A stretch of DNA of 64,000 bases from assembly GCA_000002435.2 (NCBI GenBank), contig CM018793.1; one strand, 5' to 3'. Source of the stretch: Giardia intestinalis (lineage: Eukaryota). The notes below the pieces were generated by a model that did not search any database, was not told the origin of the DNA, and saw only the letters and a program-made list of their open reading frames with translations. Shown piece after piece: positions 50,588 to 60,776 of the stretch (positions within the stretch are counted from its first letter, which is position 1; every line of letters starts with the position of its first letter). The translations under genes were made by a program, and so were the position numbers.

Positions 50588-53500
50588 ATGTCCGAGTTCT
50601 CCATTAATCCGCATAGCCTAACATACTTGGAGGATGGGCAGTTTCTTTCTGGCTTCCAGACGGCAGTTACTCGCTCGGAGCAGTTCCTTTATGTAAAGCC
50701 TCTTTCTAACCGAGTCAAGGAACACGCTGGAACACTAAAGAACTTGTCCGCCAGCCAAGCAAGCGTTGTTGAGATTAGATCAGTTGCAAGGCACCTTCGT
50801 GCTGAGCTTCAAGACTTTAAAACTAACGTCTCCGCAACATCACAAGTTGCAGAGAAGGAAGGTGAGGGCTTTATTTCGCAGGCTAATGAGGTGGCAAATA
50901 CCATCACCCACTTAGAACGGGTACAAGCCGTCAGAGCATACCTTCTGGATGTCAACAAGTGTGTTTCTACGCTTTTGCGCATAAAGGACGCCATTAATGA
51001 GTGCAAGACGTTCCGCACAGAATTTGATAAGCTTATGCTGGTGGTCGACGGCCTTGACCCAACGAATCAAAACGACGTCGGGGCCTTTACATACAATGCT
51101 AGGTTGCTCGTAGCTCCCTGTAAGCAGGTCAAGGACATCGTGGCAGATTTGTTTTCGTTTGAGCGAGAGGTATTGCCTTCGGTAAAGCGTCTCTCCATTC
51201 ATAAAGATTTTCACTGCCAGGTGAGGTTTCTTAAGGGCGATATCTTCCAGGGAATTCTTCTAAGTTCCCTCAATTCTTGGCTGTCAGAGCTGCGTAAAGG
51301 CTCATCTCTCCTTGGATGCCGATTGATGATCTTAGCCGATCAATCCATTATAGACACAAATGACTCCTTTAGCAAGGCACTCCAGGAGTTCCACGCTGAT
51401 CGAACCACTGGATCTGCAAAGAATGCCGGTGCCATCTACGATGTGAGCAGCGATACAGCCGTCAAGTCAGAGGATCAGTCAGCGGCTACTACCTCATTAT
51501 TGGAAAAGCTCACTGCTCTCGGGCGCAATGTTCGCAGCGAGTGCTATTTTGACTACGTCAATGAAATACTAGCAGTTTCTGAACTCTTGGGTTTCAAGGA
51601 AGAAGCGATTACCCATATTATCTCAGTAAGGCAAAAGCAGGAGCCTATAGTAGAAGCCTTTGACTACCTTCAATACATGGAATCTTTAAATAGTAAGAAG
51701 ATATATGAGAGGGTTTACGCCTACATCGGGTACTTCTTCTACAACGCTTTACTCGCCTCCATAGTGCCCTCTCTTTCTCAAATAATGAATGAGCTGACTA
51801 TTTCTAGATTTACCGTGCTATTGCGCCGCCTATGTGACGAGTATTGCAATGCACCTGACGCGGCCTTTATACTTGAGTTCCATCGCATTATCCTTTGCAT
51901 ACGATTCCTGGAAAACTTTCCAAAAGCCGATGACATTGTTTCCTACTTCATGGACGTCTGTTTGAAAGTACACTGTGAAACCCAGGCCACTAAACACCGC
52001 TTATCCATCATCTCTGTTATTCAGGGGCTTCACATTAACACTGATAAATCAGATACTGCAAGGATATTGACCTTAAGAGAGGGTTTTGTGGACACATTGC
52101 TCCTCTCCCTAAAGGGCCAAACCAAGGAGACACTAAATGATACTACAATTAAGCTGCAGCGATACATTTATTACGAGACTTTACAAAAGGCAGTTGATCT
52201 TTCGATCATTATCCTTGAATTTATCTTCGGTTCGCTGCTTTTCTTCTATCCTTCATGCAAGATCTTGCAGCAATACAAAGCCAATTATGACAAAATGCTC
52301 TCCCTTATAACATTCGTATGTTGTGGGGACCCTGCTCCCTCAGCCCTTGCAGCACTGAGATGTGTACAAGAACAGGTTAGTGTCACGACTTTGCTAGACA
52401 GGGTCTTCTCCTTCCTCCTGGTCAACGTACATCCGCAGCTCATAGAGGCACTTTCGGACGTCTCTCAGAATAATATATTGGACATTCTGCAGAATCTTTA
52501 TCTATTCAAAGGCTTCGACATTTCATTGAGACTGGTGTCAAAGGTACTTTTTGCCCTTTTTGGTTCGCGGGAGCTGTGCAGGCCGTTTGATGATATCATC
52601 GACCCGCTATATGCAAGCATGTTCAGCTCATTGAGCTACGTGCTTCCAGATCCAATTGTCAAGTCTCTCCGGTTCTTTGCAGCCACTAATCAGCCAATTG
52701 ACTTCTGCACTAGTGATTCTGTGGCTGCTCCAAAAATCTTCCCAGGTACCCTTTCGATTTCACTGATAAATAAGTATAACTCCCCAGTTCCAACAGATAC
52801 CTCACTTCCGTTTAAGCTTTATCTGGAGCGCTTTTTGAACTACTTTATCGCAGCGCTCAGATTTCTGCCTACAGAGTTGGTTAATCAGATAATTAGGATT
52901 TCCAACGTTCTACTGGTGGATTCGTTTTTGCAAACAGTTTCCAAGTCGACTGCTCTCCGTATCCCAGCATCTGGAGGACTCCGAGCCTTCTGCGAGGATC
53001 TGAAGACACTGCAGGAAATCTCGGTTACAACCGGAATTTACTACGAGCTCAGTTGTAGCAATACGCATGAGAGTCTTGTGAGTCTATATAACCTAGAGGA
53101 AAATGAAAGCATGAGACCTCCTAAGCAAAAGATGTTCGTTGCGCTGGCTACTACAATAGCAAAGGAAACACCGGGATATGGTGGATTCAAGATCCAGAGC
53201 GAGAGTGAGACTGTTGCAGATAAAATTAACGTAACAATAGCGGACCTGAGTACGTTTTTACATTTAATCGAGTTCAATGATAGAGCAATCTCATTACTAT
53301 CCACATTTCAATTGGACAATCAACAGCACTTGCAGTCTCTGCGAAATAAATGCTATGACATTATGAATGACGAGGCAATAGATATAAGTAGGCTATCTGA
53401 TAGGGAGGGGCGTCTTGTTAAAATGCTTTCTCTATCCAACGATGAATTTAGAAAGGTTCAGGCGGAATTTTTAGATTACATTGCAAATGCTTGCAGCACC

Positions 53501-53704
53501 GTGACAATATCGGAAAAATCTTCCAGAACTTCAACCATTATTGCCAAGTCCCCGGAAAGTGTACTTTCTCCATCAGCAGAAATGTCTAAAGGCCGCGGGC
53601 TGGAACCCGGACAGCTGAATGCTAAAATAAAAACACAGTTTCTATCCATTTTTGCTCCTAAGCGTACAGGAAAAAAGTATCCAAAAGAATCTGTCAGCTC
53701 TTGA
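50588..53704 (+). CDS. Hypothetical large (1038 aa) all-helical protein
   Basis: A long ORF. The ORF-table start at 50537 is GTG, and the first ATG is at 50588 (MSEFSINPHSL...). It has an N-terminal coiled-coil-like region and then a helical body. No motif was recognised. Confidence 0.55.
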   Translation: MSEFSINPHSLTYLEDGQFLSGFQTAVTRSEQFLYVKPLSNRVKEHAGTLKNLSASQASVVEIRSVARHLRAELQDFKTNVSATSQVAEKEGEGFISQANEVANTITHLERVQAVRAYLLDVNKCVSTLLRIKDAINECKTFRTEFDKLMLVVDGLDPTNQNDVGAFTYNARLLVAPCKQVKDIVADLFSFEREVLPSVKRLSIHKDFHCQVRFLKGDIFQGILLSSLNSWLSELRKGSSLLGCRLMILADQSIIDTNDSFSKALQEFHADRTTGSAKNAGAIYDVSSDTAVKSEDQSAATTSLLEKLTALGRNVRSECYFDYVNEILAVSELLGFKEEAITHIISVRQKQEPIVEAFDYLQYMESLNSKKIYERVYAYIGYFFYNALLASIVPSLSQIMNELTISRFTVLLRRLCDEYCNAPDAAFILEFHRIILCIRFLENFPKADDIVSYFMDVCLKVHCETQATKHRLSIISVIQGLHINTDKSDTARILTLREGFVDTLLLSLKGQTKETLNDTTIKLQRYIYYETLQKAVDLSIIILEFIFGSLLFFYPSCKILQQYKANYDKMLSLITFVCCGDPAPSALAALRCVQEQVSVTTLLDRVFSFLLVNVHPQLIEALSDVSQNNILDILQNLYLFKGFDISLRLVSKVLFALFGSRELCRPFDDIIDPLYASMFSSLSYVLPDPIVKSLRFFAATNQPIDFCTSDSVAAPKIFPGTLSISLINKYNSPVPTDTSLPFKLYLERFLNYFIAALRFLPTELVNQIIRISNVLLVDSFLQTVSKSTALRIPASGGLRAFCEDLKTLQEISVTTGIYYELSCSNTHESLVSLYNLEENESMRPPKQKMFVALATTIAKETPGYGGFKIQSESETVADKINVTIADLSTFLHLIEFNDRAISLLSTFQLDNQQHLQSLRNKCYDIMNDEAIDISRLSDREGRLVKMLSLSNDEFRKVQAEFLDYIANACSTVTISEKSSRTSTIIAKSPESVLSPSAEMSKGRGLEPGQLNAKIKTQFLSIFAPKRTGKKYPKESVSS

Positions 53705-53711
53705 TTGCATA

Positions 53712-55307
53712 CTAGGATGGTGAACTACATTTAGTACACTGCTTTATTACTGATCCCTTTCTACCACCTATAGCGCATACGTAAGTGGACTTACTCAAGC
53801 GTTGAAGAGAGTTTGATGAAGAATCAGTCAGGTTGGTGTCTCTTTGCCTTGTTACATGATCTAGTAGCTTCTGATATACAAGAAGCTTTTGTTCCTCCAA
53901 TGCCTTCTTTTTGTTTAGTTTACCCACGCTCTGAAGGGCAAGAATACCGAATTTCTCTGCCTCATACTCTATGAGAATCCTGGTACATCTCAGACTACAT
54001 ACTGCAGCCGCGAAGACTAATGCAGACCAGCCCGGGTACTTCTTGTTATCCAGTGTGGTAAACATGTTTGCCTCCTTGCTAGCTAGTAAACGACATGTGT
54101 CTTGGCTATCGTTATATGCAGCAGACATGAGGGCTGTGAAACCGCGTCCAAAGTCGCTCAACTGATTTGTACAAAGGCCAGCCTCCGTCTGCAAAAGCAT
54201 CGCAGTTGTTGCGATTTGCTTGCAACCCGCAGCGTACATTAGTGCAGTCCAACCCTTAGAGGTCTGAATCCCGCCTTCTATGGGGCGTAATAGGCGACAC
54301 ACGTCAATGGATCCGTGCGCCGCTCCTAGCATAAGTGCTGTGCAATCTGAAAAGTGCCATCCGCGCAGAACGAATTTCTCTGCAGTGAAAAATGACTCCC
54401 GTTTCAAGAGCATTTTAGCCACAGCTGCACGATTGAGAATAGCAGCAATCATAAGAGCGGTGAGCCCGTCGTTGTTTGAGAGACCTGCCTGACCTATGTG
54501 TAACCGTGCAGAAGTAGAATCGTCCTCTCTGACTGCCTTCATCAATAATGTGCTTCCATCATCTAACCGAACAACCCCTTGTCTCTGCTCTGCTCTCTGC
54601 ACAAAACCCATTCTAGTCATCTTGTCTAGAAGCTGCTCTGAGCTTGGTCTGTCACGTTGAGTTTTACAGCACGACCAATTTAATAGTTCAAGCAGCTCAA
54701 GGCTTAGTCTGAAAAATCCACTAGATGTATCTAGTGGTGATGAAATAGATGGGTCGGTCAAGTGTGGATCTGATTTTTTCCACCCCCATGGAACAATAAG
54801 CTCGCGGACAATATTCCCTGCAGAATAAATGCTGGATTTTTCTGTGAAGAATCGCGAAGTACGTGTCTCGGGAGCTAAGTACCATGTCAGATCAGAAGAT
54901 CGTTCAGCAGCATCCTCGCTATCATACGAGGACCTAAGCAGGAACCGACGAACCTCAGGCTCCTGGCTACATATCAATATTCTAACTAGATCTATCTTTA
55001 ATATCCCTCCATCGGTAAAGTAAACGCTTTTTGGATCAATGATCAGGGGACGACGCTTCATTGGACCGTCGAGATGTCTATGTATGTATTGGATAGCTAT
55101 TACCAGCTGCACAAATGTATCCTCTATAAAGTTAGTTGACGGCCGGCCTAATGTTAAACAGAATTCAGCGTTTAAAGACCACAAAGACCCAGCGCCACAC
55201 AGTTCTGAAAGTATCAGTAGTCGCTTGTTCCTCTTGTCAAGCATGTGATCAAATATACGCCTAACGTTCCGGTGATGGATCCGAGCCATTGTTGCAACTC
55301 CAGCCAT
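53712..55307 (-). CDS. NEK-like pseudokinase with C-terminal ankyrin repeats. It lacks a Gly-loop and a catalytic HRD.
   Basis: The kinase-like remnants are IHHRNVRRIFD and the degenerate catalytic region IHRHLDGPMKRRPLIIDPKSVYFTDGGILKIDLV. The C-terminal ankyrin units are GSTLLMKAVRED, GLTALMIAAILNR, GWTALMYAAGCKQ and GFTALMSAAYND. The ORF extends to a GTG at 55442, and the first ATG is at 55307. Confidence 0.65.
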   Translation of the reverse strand: MAGVATMARIHHRNVRRIFDHMLDKRNKRLLILSELCGAGSLWSLNAEFCLTLGRPSTNFIEDTFVQLVIAIQYIHRHLDGPMKRRPLIIDPKSVYFTDGGILKIDLVRILICSQEPEVRRFLLRSSYDSEDAAERSSDLTWYLAPETRTSRFFTEKSSIYSAGNIVRELIVPWGWKKSDPHLTDPSISSPLDTSSGFFRLSLELLELLNWSCCKTQRDRPSSEQLLDKMTRMGFVQRAEQRQGVVRLDDGSTLLMKAVREDDSTSARLHIGQAGLSNNDGLTALMIAAILNRAAVAKMLLKRESFFTAEKFVLRGWHFSDCTALMLGAAHGSIDVCRLLRPIEGGIQTSKGWTALMYAAGCKQIATTAMLLQTEAGLCTNQLSDFGRGFTALMSAAYNDSQDTCRLLASKEANMFTTLDNKKYPGWSALVFAAAVCSLRCTRILIEYEAEKFGILALQSVGKLNKKKALEEQKLLVYQKLLDHVTRQRDTNLTDSSSNSLQRLSKSTYVCAIGGRKGSVIKQCTKCSSPS

Positions 55308-55468
55308 GAACAAGCTACATTGGGACTCTGACAGATTTAGAAGCGAGATCTGTTGTAGTGAGTAAAGGCTTGCGTCTGTGTTCCTCCTCACGCATGTAAT
55401 ACCTTCTTGGAAAGGCCGGAGGATAGTGAAATTCTGTAGCACAGACGTTTCGCAATTAAAAATTGCCT

Positions 55469-56008
55469 ATGGGGTTATTTGACCTCATCAGGAGACACCG
55501 GAAGGGTAAGAAAGAGATCCGAGTGCTGATTCTCGGACTAGATAACTCTGGCAAGACCACCATTTTACGTAAGCTTTGTGAAGAAGACACGTCTGTCATA
55601 ATGCCTACCCAAGGATTCAACGCAAAAACAATCAAGGGGCCCAAGGGTGTTAGTCTAAACTGCTGGGATGTGGGCGGGCAAAAGGCGATTCGAACGTACT
55701 GGCAAAACTACTACGCTGGCACTACCTGTCTTATTTGGGTCGTAGACGCAGCAGACGTCAAGAGAATGGACGAAGTAGCACTTGAAGTATCGCTTGCCTT
55801 GGAGGATTGCAGACTTGCTGGTGTCCCCATTCTAGTTTTCGCAAATAAGCAAGACCTAGCGACAGCCCTGAAGCCAAGCGATCTTTGTGACAAAATTGGA
55901 CTATGGGCTCTGCGAGATCGCGTTTGGCATATCCAAGGCTGCAGTGCTTTAACTGGCGAAGGCCTTGAAGAAGGGATCCTATGGATGGTCAGTAAGACTG
56001 ACAAGTAG
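55469..56008 (+). CDS. ARL2: ADP-ribosylation factor-like GTPase ARL2
   Basis: The sequence MGLFDLIRRHRKGKKEIRVLILGLDNSGKTTILRKL...PTQGFNAKTI...LNCWDVGGQKAIRTYWQNYY...LIWVVDAADVKRM...FANKQDL...IQGCSALTGEGL aligns near-colinearly with human ARL2 (LGLDNAGKTTIL, PTLGFNIKTL, NIWDVGGQKSLRSYWRNYF, IQGCSAVTGE). The ORF-table start at 55463 is TTG, and the ATG is at 55469. Confidence 0.85.
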   Translation: MGLFDLIRRHRKGKKEIRVLILGLDNSGKTTILRKLCEEDTSVIMPTQGFNAKTIKGPKGVSLNCWDVGGQKAIRTYWQNYYAGTTCLIWVVDAADVKRMDEVALEVSLALEDCRLAGVPILVFANKQDLATALKPSDLCDKIGLWALRDRVWHIQGCSALTGEGLEEGILWMVSKTDK

Positions 56009-56016
56009 AGCAAAAA

Positions 56017-56541
56017 TTATTGCTCGTAAAGGTCTTTATTTATGTTCTGTGCGTAGTTCTTTCTCTTAGCAATGAGAAGTTTAGAGGGTAGGATAGACTC
56101 TATGTCAATGTCTTCTATAGCAACTTTCGTAGAGGGAAAGCTCTCCAGCATCATGGTGGTAAGTAAATCTGTCGTTTCTAGTGCTTTCTGGACTTCTTTT
56201 CGAAGACACTCTTGGATTTCTGGGATGTTAGCGTCCATATATGCAGTAATTATTTTCCCAAGTTCAGAGAGGGTGCGTTTCTTCGTTGGAAGAAGCGTTG
56301 CTATGTGAATATGTGGCTGCAGAATAGTGAGTTCATAAACGTCTGGGCGCTTCTTATAGTGCCTTATCGATAGCCTAAAAGGACAGCCTGCCCAGTTTGC
56401 ACAGTGATAATCATCTTTCCAAAACTCCGTTCTGTGACGTCGTCCACGAGAGAGCACCAGTTTAGAGTTCGTTCTAAGCTGATGCGACAGAAGAGTAGAG
56501 GAAAGATCTGAAGCTGACACTGTAAATGAAACCCCGTTCAT
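56017..56541 (-). CDS. Small protein with a divergent WRKY/GCM1-fold zinc-finger DNA-binding domain
   Basis: HCANWAGCPFRLSIRHYKKRPDVYELTILQPHIH has the geometry C-x5-C-x23-H-x-H and the conserved AGCP.R. and T.Y...H.H. Compare WRKY YYRCTSAGCPVRKHVER......VITTYEGKHNH. The canonical WRKYGQK heptad is absent. ATG start. Confidence 0.5.
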   Translation of the reverse strand: MNGVSFTVSASDLSSTLLSHQLRTNSKLVLSRGRRHRTEFWKDDYHCANWAGCPFRLSIRHYKKRPDVYELTILQPHIHIATLLPTKKRTLSELGKIITAYMDANIPEIQECLRKEVQKALETTDLLTTMMLESFPSTKVAIEDIDIESILPSKLLIAKRKNYAQNINKDLYEQ

Positions 56542-58502
56542 TTTCTTTCTTGATATCTTAAGTTGCTTGGAAGAGTAGATCCCTGTCTTGAATATCTGAG
56601 TCTTGTAACTTATACACTAGACCCGTATGTTAGCATTTATTATCTTTGTGCGGGGATGGTATCGAAAGTTCTTAGAACCTCTCTATGGTGCGCACGGCGA
56701 TGACCGCTGTACATGGAGTCAGTAGATTCCACCAGAGGCACTTGTAGACTTCACACCTGCAGGAATCGGAGACTCGGACAGTCTGTCTCCTCTGTGCTCT
56801 GCGGGTTCTCCGGTGTCTTGCAACGCTGCTATCCTGAAAGGTGTCTGGAAGGAGAATCTTCTTGAGCAGCAGGAGCACCATGGGGCCACCACTCACAGGC
56901 GACAAGCGGCTGCAGTCGGCCCTTCCCTGCGTGTCCCTCGTACGGGCCGCTCCTTATTGCATAACAACGTGTCATGCCAATGGGGTGATATCCACTACCC
57001 AAACAGGCCGGTAGCGGTCCTGGCTGTCTGAGGCACTGTCCCACTATGTGCCTCCACCAACGCCGGCCCCACCCATGTGCCAGCTGCTGCATGGATTCCT
57101 TGCTTGACGCGGCCTGCAGGGGGAGTAGAGCCTGTTCTCCTGCTGGGTCACCGCGCATTGCTGGGGGATGCACCGGACAAGTATCTCGAGTGTCGGACGA
57201 ACCGGCCGGGGCAGGCACCCGCTCGATAACCTGCCCAGTACGGGCACAGGCCTGTCCTGCCACACAGTCGCTCAGGCGGAGTCCTCGTCACTTCCTGACA
57301 TTGATCCGTTGAAGGCGAGCTGCATGACCGACAGGAGCAATCGTGCAGCTGGGTCCCGCTGTGCCATCGCTCATGCTTGATGAGCTACGTGGCCAACGGG
57401 AGACGTGCTGGCAAGGGATTTCCTGGTCTCGCCATGAGTCAGGTCGCCGTCACCCTTGTTACCTCTACAACAGCAGGGCAGGTGCTGGGGATGTTCATCG
57501 TAACCTCAGGCTTGCCAATATCGTCGCGTCTCTGACCTCGGCCTCTGCAGGAGCGTCCTGTGACGGTGCGAGTGAGACCTCCACGCACTGTAGCTCCCCG
57601 CATAGGGCGGGCTCCCAAGGCTGCACCAGGGCCACTAGCTGCTGCCCAAGGATGTCAGACCGCCACTAGGGGTCTGCTCAGGGAGCCGCAAGGCAGCACC
57701 AGCAGACTGCTCCCAACGGTGGTGCTCTTTACGCTATCGAGACGGAGGCGCCGTTCTTTGTCCTTTGCCTCTGCTGCTGTGTTAGGGCTTGATCTACCGG
57801 GCCTGGCAGGAATAGCGGTACCAGAGGGTGCTACCATAGCAGGCGTCCCGGTGCGTCTTCCGGCAGGATGGATTGCCACACAATGGAGAGTATGGTTGAA
57901 AACCCTGCTGCTTACGGGAAACCAGTTCGGACCGCCTGCTGTCTTGGTGTGGCCGTGCTGCCCAGCTGGATCAAGGTAGTAGTCCCACTGAAACCCGTCA
58001 CCTTCACGGGCAGCTTTGACCTCTTTCGTCTTCATGGGAGCAGCTCCCCTGTTCTTATCTACGCGCCATCCTTGTGTATCATAAGCGCCTCTTTTGCCTC
58101 TGGCTGTCCTGCACCACCGCCACATCAACAAGGCGCCTTTGTATGCACTTCGTCCGGCTATAGTAGCATCTCTGGCCATCTTCTACCCTTTTGAAAAGAA
58201 ACGGCAGATTTACTCATGGGCCGCAGAGCAGTCCAAAAGTCAGTGTGACAGCGACACCAGGTGCACTGCTCCTAAAGGGAGACACTACCTCAAACCAGCC
58301 CTATTGTGCCTGTTTCCCCTCTCCTCCTGCGTACTGCACCCATGAGGACACCCGGCTGTGACTAGCATGCCCGTCGCTTTCACGTTTCAGTGGCTGTGCA
58401 GTGCTGCTCGTACGAGTATCACGGCTCTGTCCGTACTGGCTGGGCCGTACTGCCCTCGCTATCAACTAGATTCTCCTCGGGATCAAAGGGAGGCGGCGAT
58501 CA

Positions 58503-59850
58503 TCAGGTAGTCCAGCCGTTCTTGTCCTGGAGGCCCCTCTCCTCCCCAACAAGCAACTCGACGGGATCAGCGTGCCCCTGCTGGGCCGCGTGCATGAGGG
58601 CCGTCATCCCCTGTGCGTCACGCTGACCAACACCGAGTCTTTCTTCAAGCAGCATCCAGACGGTCTCCGTGCTATTCGTATGCGCGGCACGCATCAGCCT
58701 GGGCAGCAAAAAGAGGCTGGACTGAGGGTCAGTCGTGTTCATCCTGTCACTGAACTGTGCAAGCCTATTCTCCAGTGCCTTAATCATAGCTAGATGTTCC
58801 TTACTTTGGTCTTCAAGTGCGTCGATCTTAGTAGATCTAGTCTTAACATCCTCTTCCAGCAACGCGATCCTGGCGTTAGCGCCATTCAGCGCAGCCTCCA
58901 AGGAGCCGCACCTGTACCTCAGCATCACGCACTAGCCCCCAGCTCACTAACTGGAATGTCGAATGTAGTGAGCGTCTCGTGCAGCTCCCTGGCCGTCGGC
59001 CTCCTCTCTGGCTCCAGCACGAATATCCTCTCCAGAACATTCTGCATGAAGCCATCAGTGAGACCGCTCAGGTCCGGCCTCCACCCATCGATGAAGACCT
59101 CTGCCGGCTCCTTGCCCCCCAAGAAGTCCGGTCTCCTCAGAGTTACTAGTTCATAAATGATGACCCCGAGGCTCCACACGTCGGAGGCGGGGCTGGCCTC
59201 GTTGTGGAGGAGCACCTCGGGGGCAACGTATGCCATTATTCCTATGAGAGTGCTCCCACTCCACAGGGCGTCCCTGCAGAGGCCGAAGTCGGCGATGACG
59301 AAGCGCTCCCCGTCTTCGCTGATGAGGACGTTGGCAGGCCTGAGGTCGCAGTGGACAAACCTCCTAGTATTTGCTCCATTGATGCTGTGGAGGTAGGCGA
59401 GGGCAGCGGCGAGCTGCCTCACAATTGAGAGGATTATAGTGATAGGGATGAGAGTCTTCCTTCGTTTGTGCTCGGTGAGGAGGCGCTCGAGGGTCTTGTC
59501 GTGCCGGTCCGTGACGACGTAGATGAAGCCCCCGTCCTCGACTACTTGATGGTACCTGAAGACCCCCGGGTGGGAGAGGTCGGGGAGGGTGGTCAGCTCT
59601 AGTCTGATCTCATCTACACTGTTTTTGTCCAGGCCCCCAAGCTGAATGACCTTTACAGCGAGCTCCAGATAGCTTTGAGAGAGTAGACCTTGCTCATGAA
59701 GCCCCTGCCCAACACGCTATCCAGCCGCTCGTGGAGGTCCCTGATGGTGAACTGCGGGGCACTGACAGCTGTTGTTGCAGGCTCAGACGAGGCAGTGTCC
59801 ATCCTGGTATTATTTTGGTAATCTACCGTTTTGGAAACGATCCTTTCCAC
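58503..59850 (-). pseudogene. Disrupted NEK kinase / coiled-coil / ankyrin gene in a GC-rich context. At least two frame changes and a truncated ankyrin domain.
   Basis: Frame A (59850->59653) encodes the kinase start ...FTIRDLHERLDSVLGRGFMSKVYSLKAIWSSL* with a TAA at 59653-59655. Frame B (open from ~59700 down to 58925) continues as ELAVKVIQLGGLDK...HPGVFRYHQVVEDGGFIYVVTDRHDKTLERLLTEH...FVHCDLRPANVLISEDGERFVIADFGLC...YVAPEV...DVWSLGVIIYELV and stops. Frame C (58928->58503) encodes a coiled-coil followed by ankyrin units GMTALMHAAQQGH and NGWTT*, which terminates after ~1.5 repeats. No frame extends further. Confidence 0.6.
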
Positions 59851-60140
59851 AGGAGTTTATGTCTACAAGTCTACAGCGGCCCTGTATCTGTGGGGGCTTC
59901 TGCATAGGAGATGAGAAGGCCACCTGCGCGACCGTTTCACCCACCGGCGTTCCAGTGCTGACCGGGGGTGAAAAGGCCTGTTCCCCTTGACCTCTGCGGA
60001 AACGGGCAGCTGTGTGACCCACTGACGGCCACCACTTCATTGAGGTGTCTGTTTGCTGCACAGCTGGAGGGAGATTCTAGTCCATCGTCGGATGCAATCA
60101 ACAGTTAAGCGCGTTCACTCACGGGCTTTCTGGATAGTAT

Positions 60141-60776
60141 TCACAGGCAAGGATCCACTAGCCTAATGCCCTTATTTTCAAGAAAAGACGCCACCTCGGG
60201 GTGACCTCGTGTACTAGCCATACAAAGAGCAGACTCGCCGCCTACGTCCTTCTCTCTCTCCAGCAGTAACTTGACACAGTCCAGACGGCCAAAGCCTGCT
60301 GCAGCTGTGAGGGCGGTAACACCTCCGTTTATTTGCATGCCTCCCTCAACATCCAGGAGTAGTTTCACGACCTCGGTGCGGCCAACAAGTGCCGCCCACA
60401 TGAGGGCTGTCCATCCATTACTGCTCCTCATACCGCCCTCGCACCTCATCAGCAGCTTCACCACTCTGGTGTGTCCAAGCACCGCAGCGACCATCATGGC
60501 TGTCCCCCCACTTATGTCTACTCTCCCTGTCTTGACAAGCTTCGCCACCATCCTTGCCTGATAAGGGATGTAGCGCTTCACCGCGTCCACGTCGTTTCGT
60601 CTGGCCGCCTCCATAAGTGTGGTGACGCCGTCCTCATCCACGCTGCCTTCATCATCTGTTTGTGGAGACTCAGTTGGGTTTCCCGCGCCCTCTTCGCTTG
60701 CGTCCTTCTCAGACATGAGGAGTAAGGCGCAGTCGCACTCCTGAAGGAATTGATCTAAGTCATCCATAGACAACAT
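60141..60776 (-). CDS. Stand-alone ankyrin-repeat protein (211 aa, 'Protein 21.1'-like) in the GC-rich block
   Basis: ATG start. The repeats are GVTTLMEAARRND, GGTAMMVAAVLGH, GWTALMWAALVGR, GVTALTAAAGFGR and GESALCMASTRGH. The N-terminal 55 aa are acidic. Confidence 0.6.
   Translation of the reverse strand: MLSMDDLDQFLQECDCALLLMSEKDASEEGAGNPTESPQTDDEGSVDEDGVTTLMEAARRNDVDAVKRYIPYQARMVAKLVKTGRVDISGGTAMMVAAVLGHTRVVKLLMRCEGGMRSSNGWTALMWAALVGRTEVVKLLLDVEGGMQINGGVTALTAAAGFGRLDCVKLLLEREKDVGGESALCMASTRGHPEVASFLENKGIRLVDPCL

Noticed and set aside
21537-55463. ORF-table start coordinates 21537, 26476, 33894, 38106, 42335, 50537, 55442 and 55463
   Set aside because: Inspecting the nucleotides shows these are TTG or GTG codons, because the ORF caller accepts alternative starts. 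Starts were moved to the first in-frame ATG, which in each case sits just after an AT-rich initiator-like stretch.
56542-58500. Possible rDNA, telomeric (TAGGG)n or retrotransposon (GilM/GilT-like) content in the GC-rich gene-free stretch
   Set aside because: No TAGGG arrays, no reverse-transcriptase motifs (YxDD/FADD) in any frame, and no rRNA-like conserved stretches were recognisable by eye. The stretch was left unannotated.
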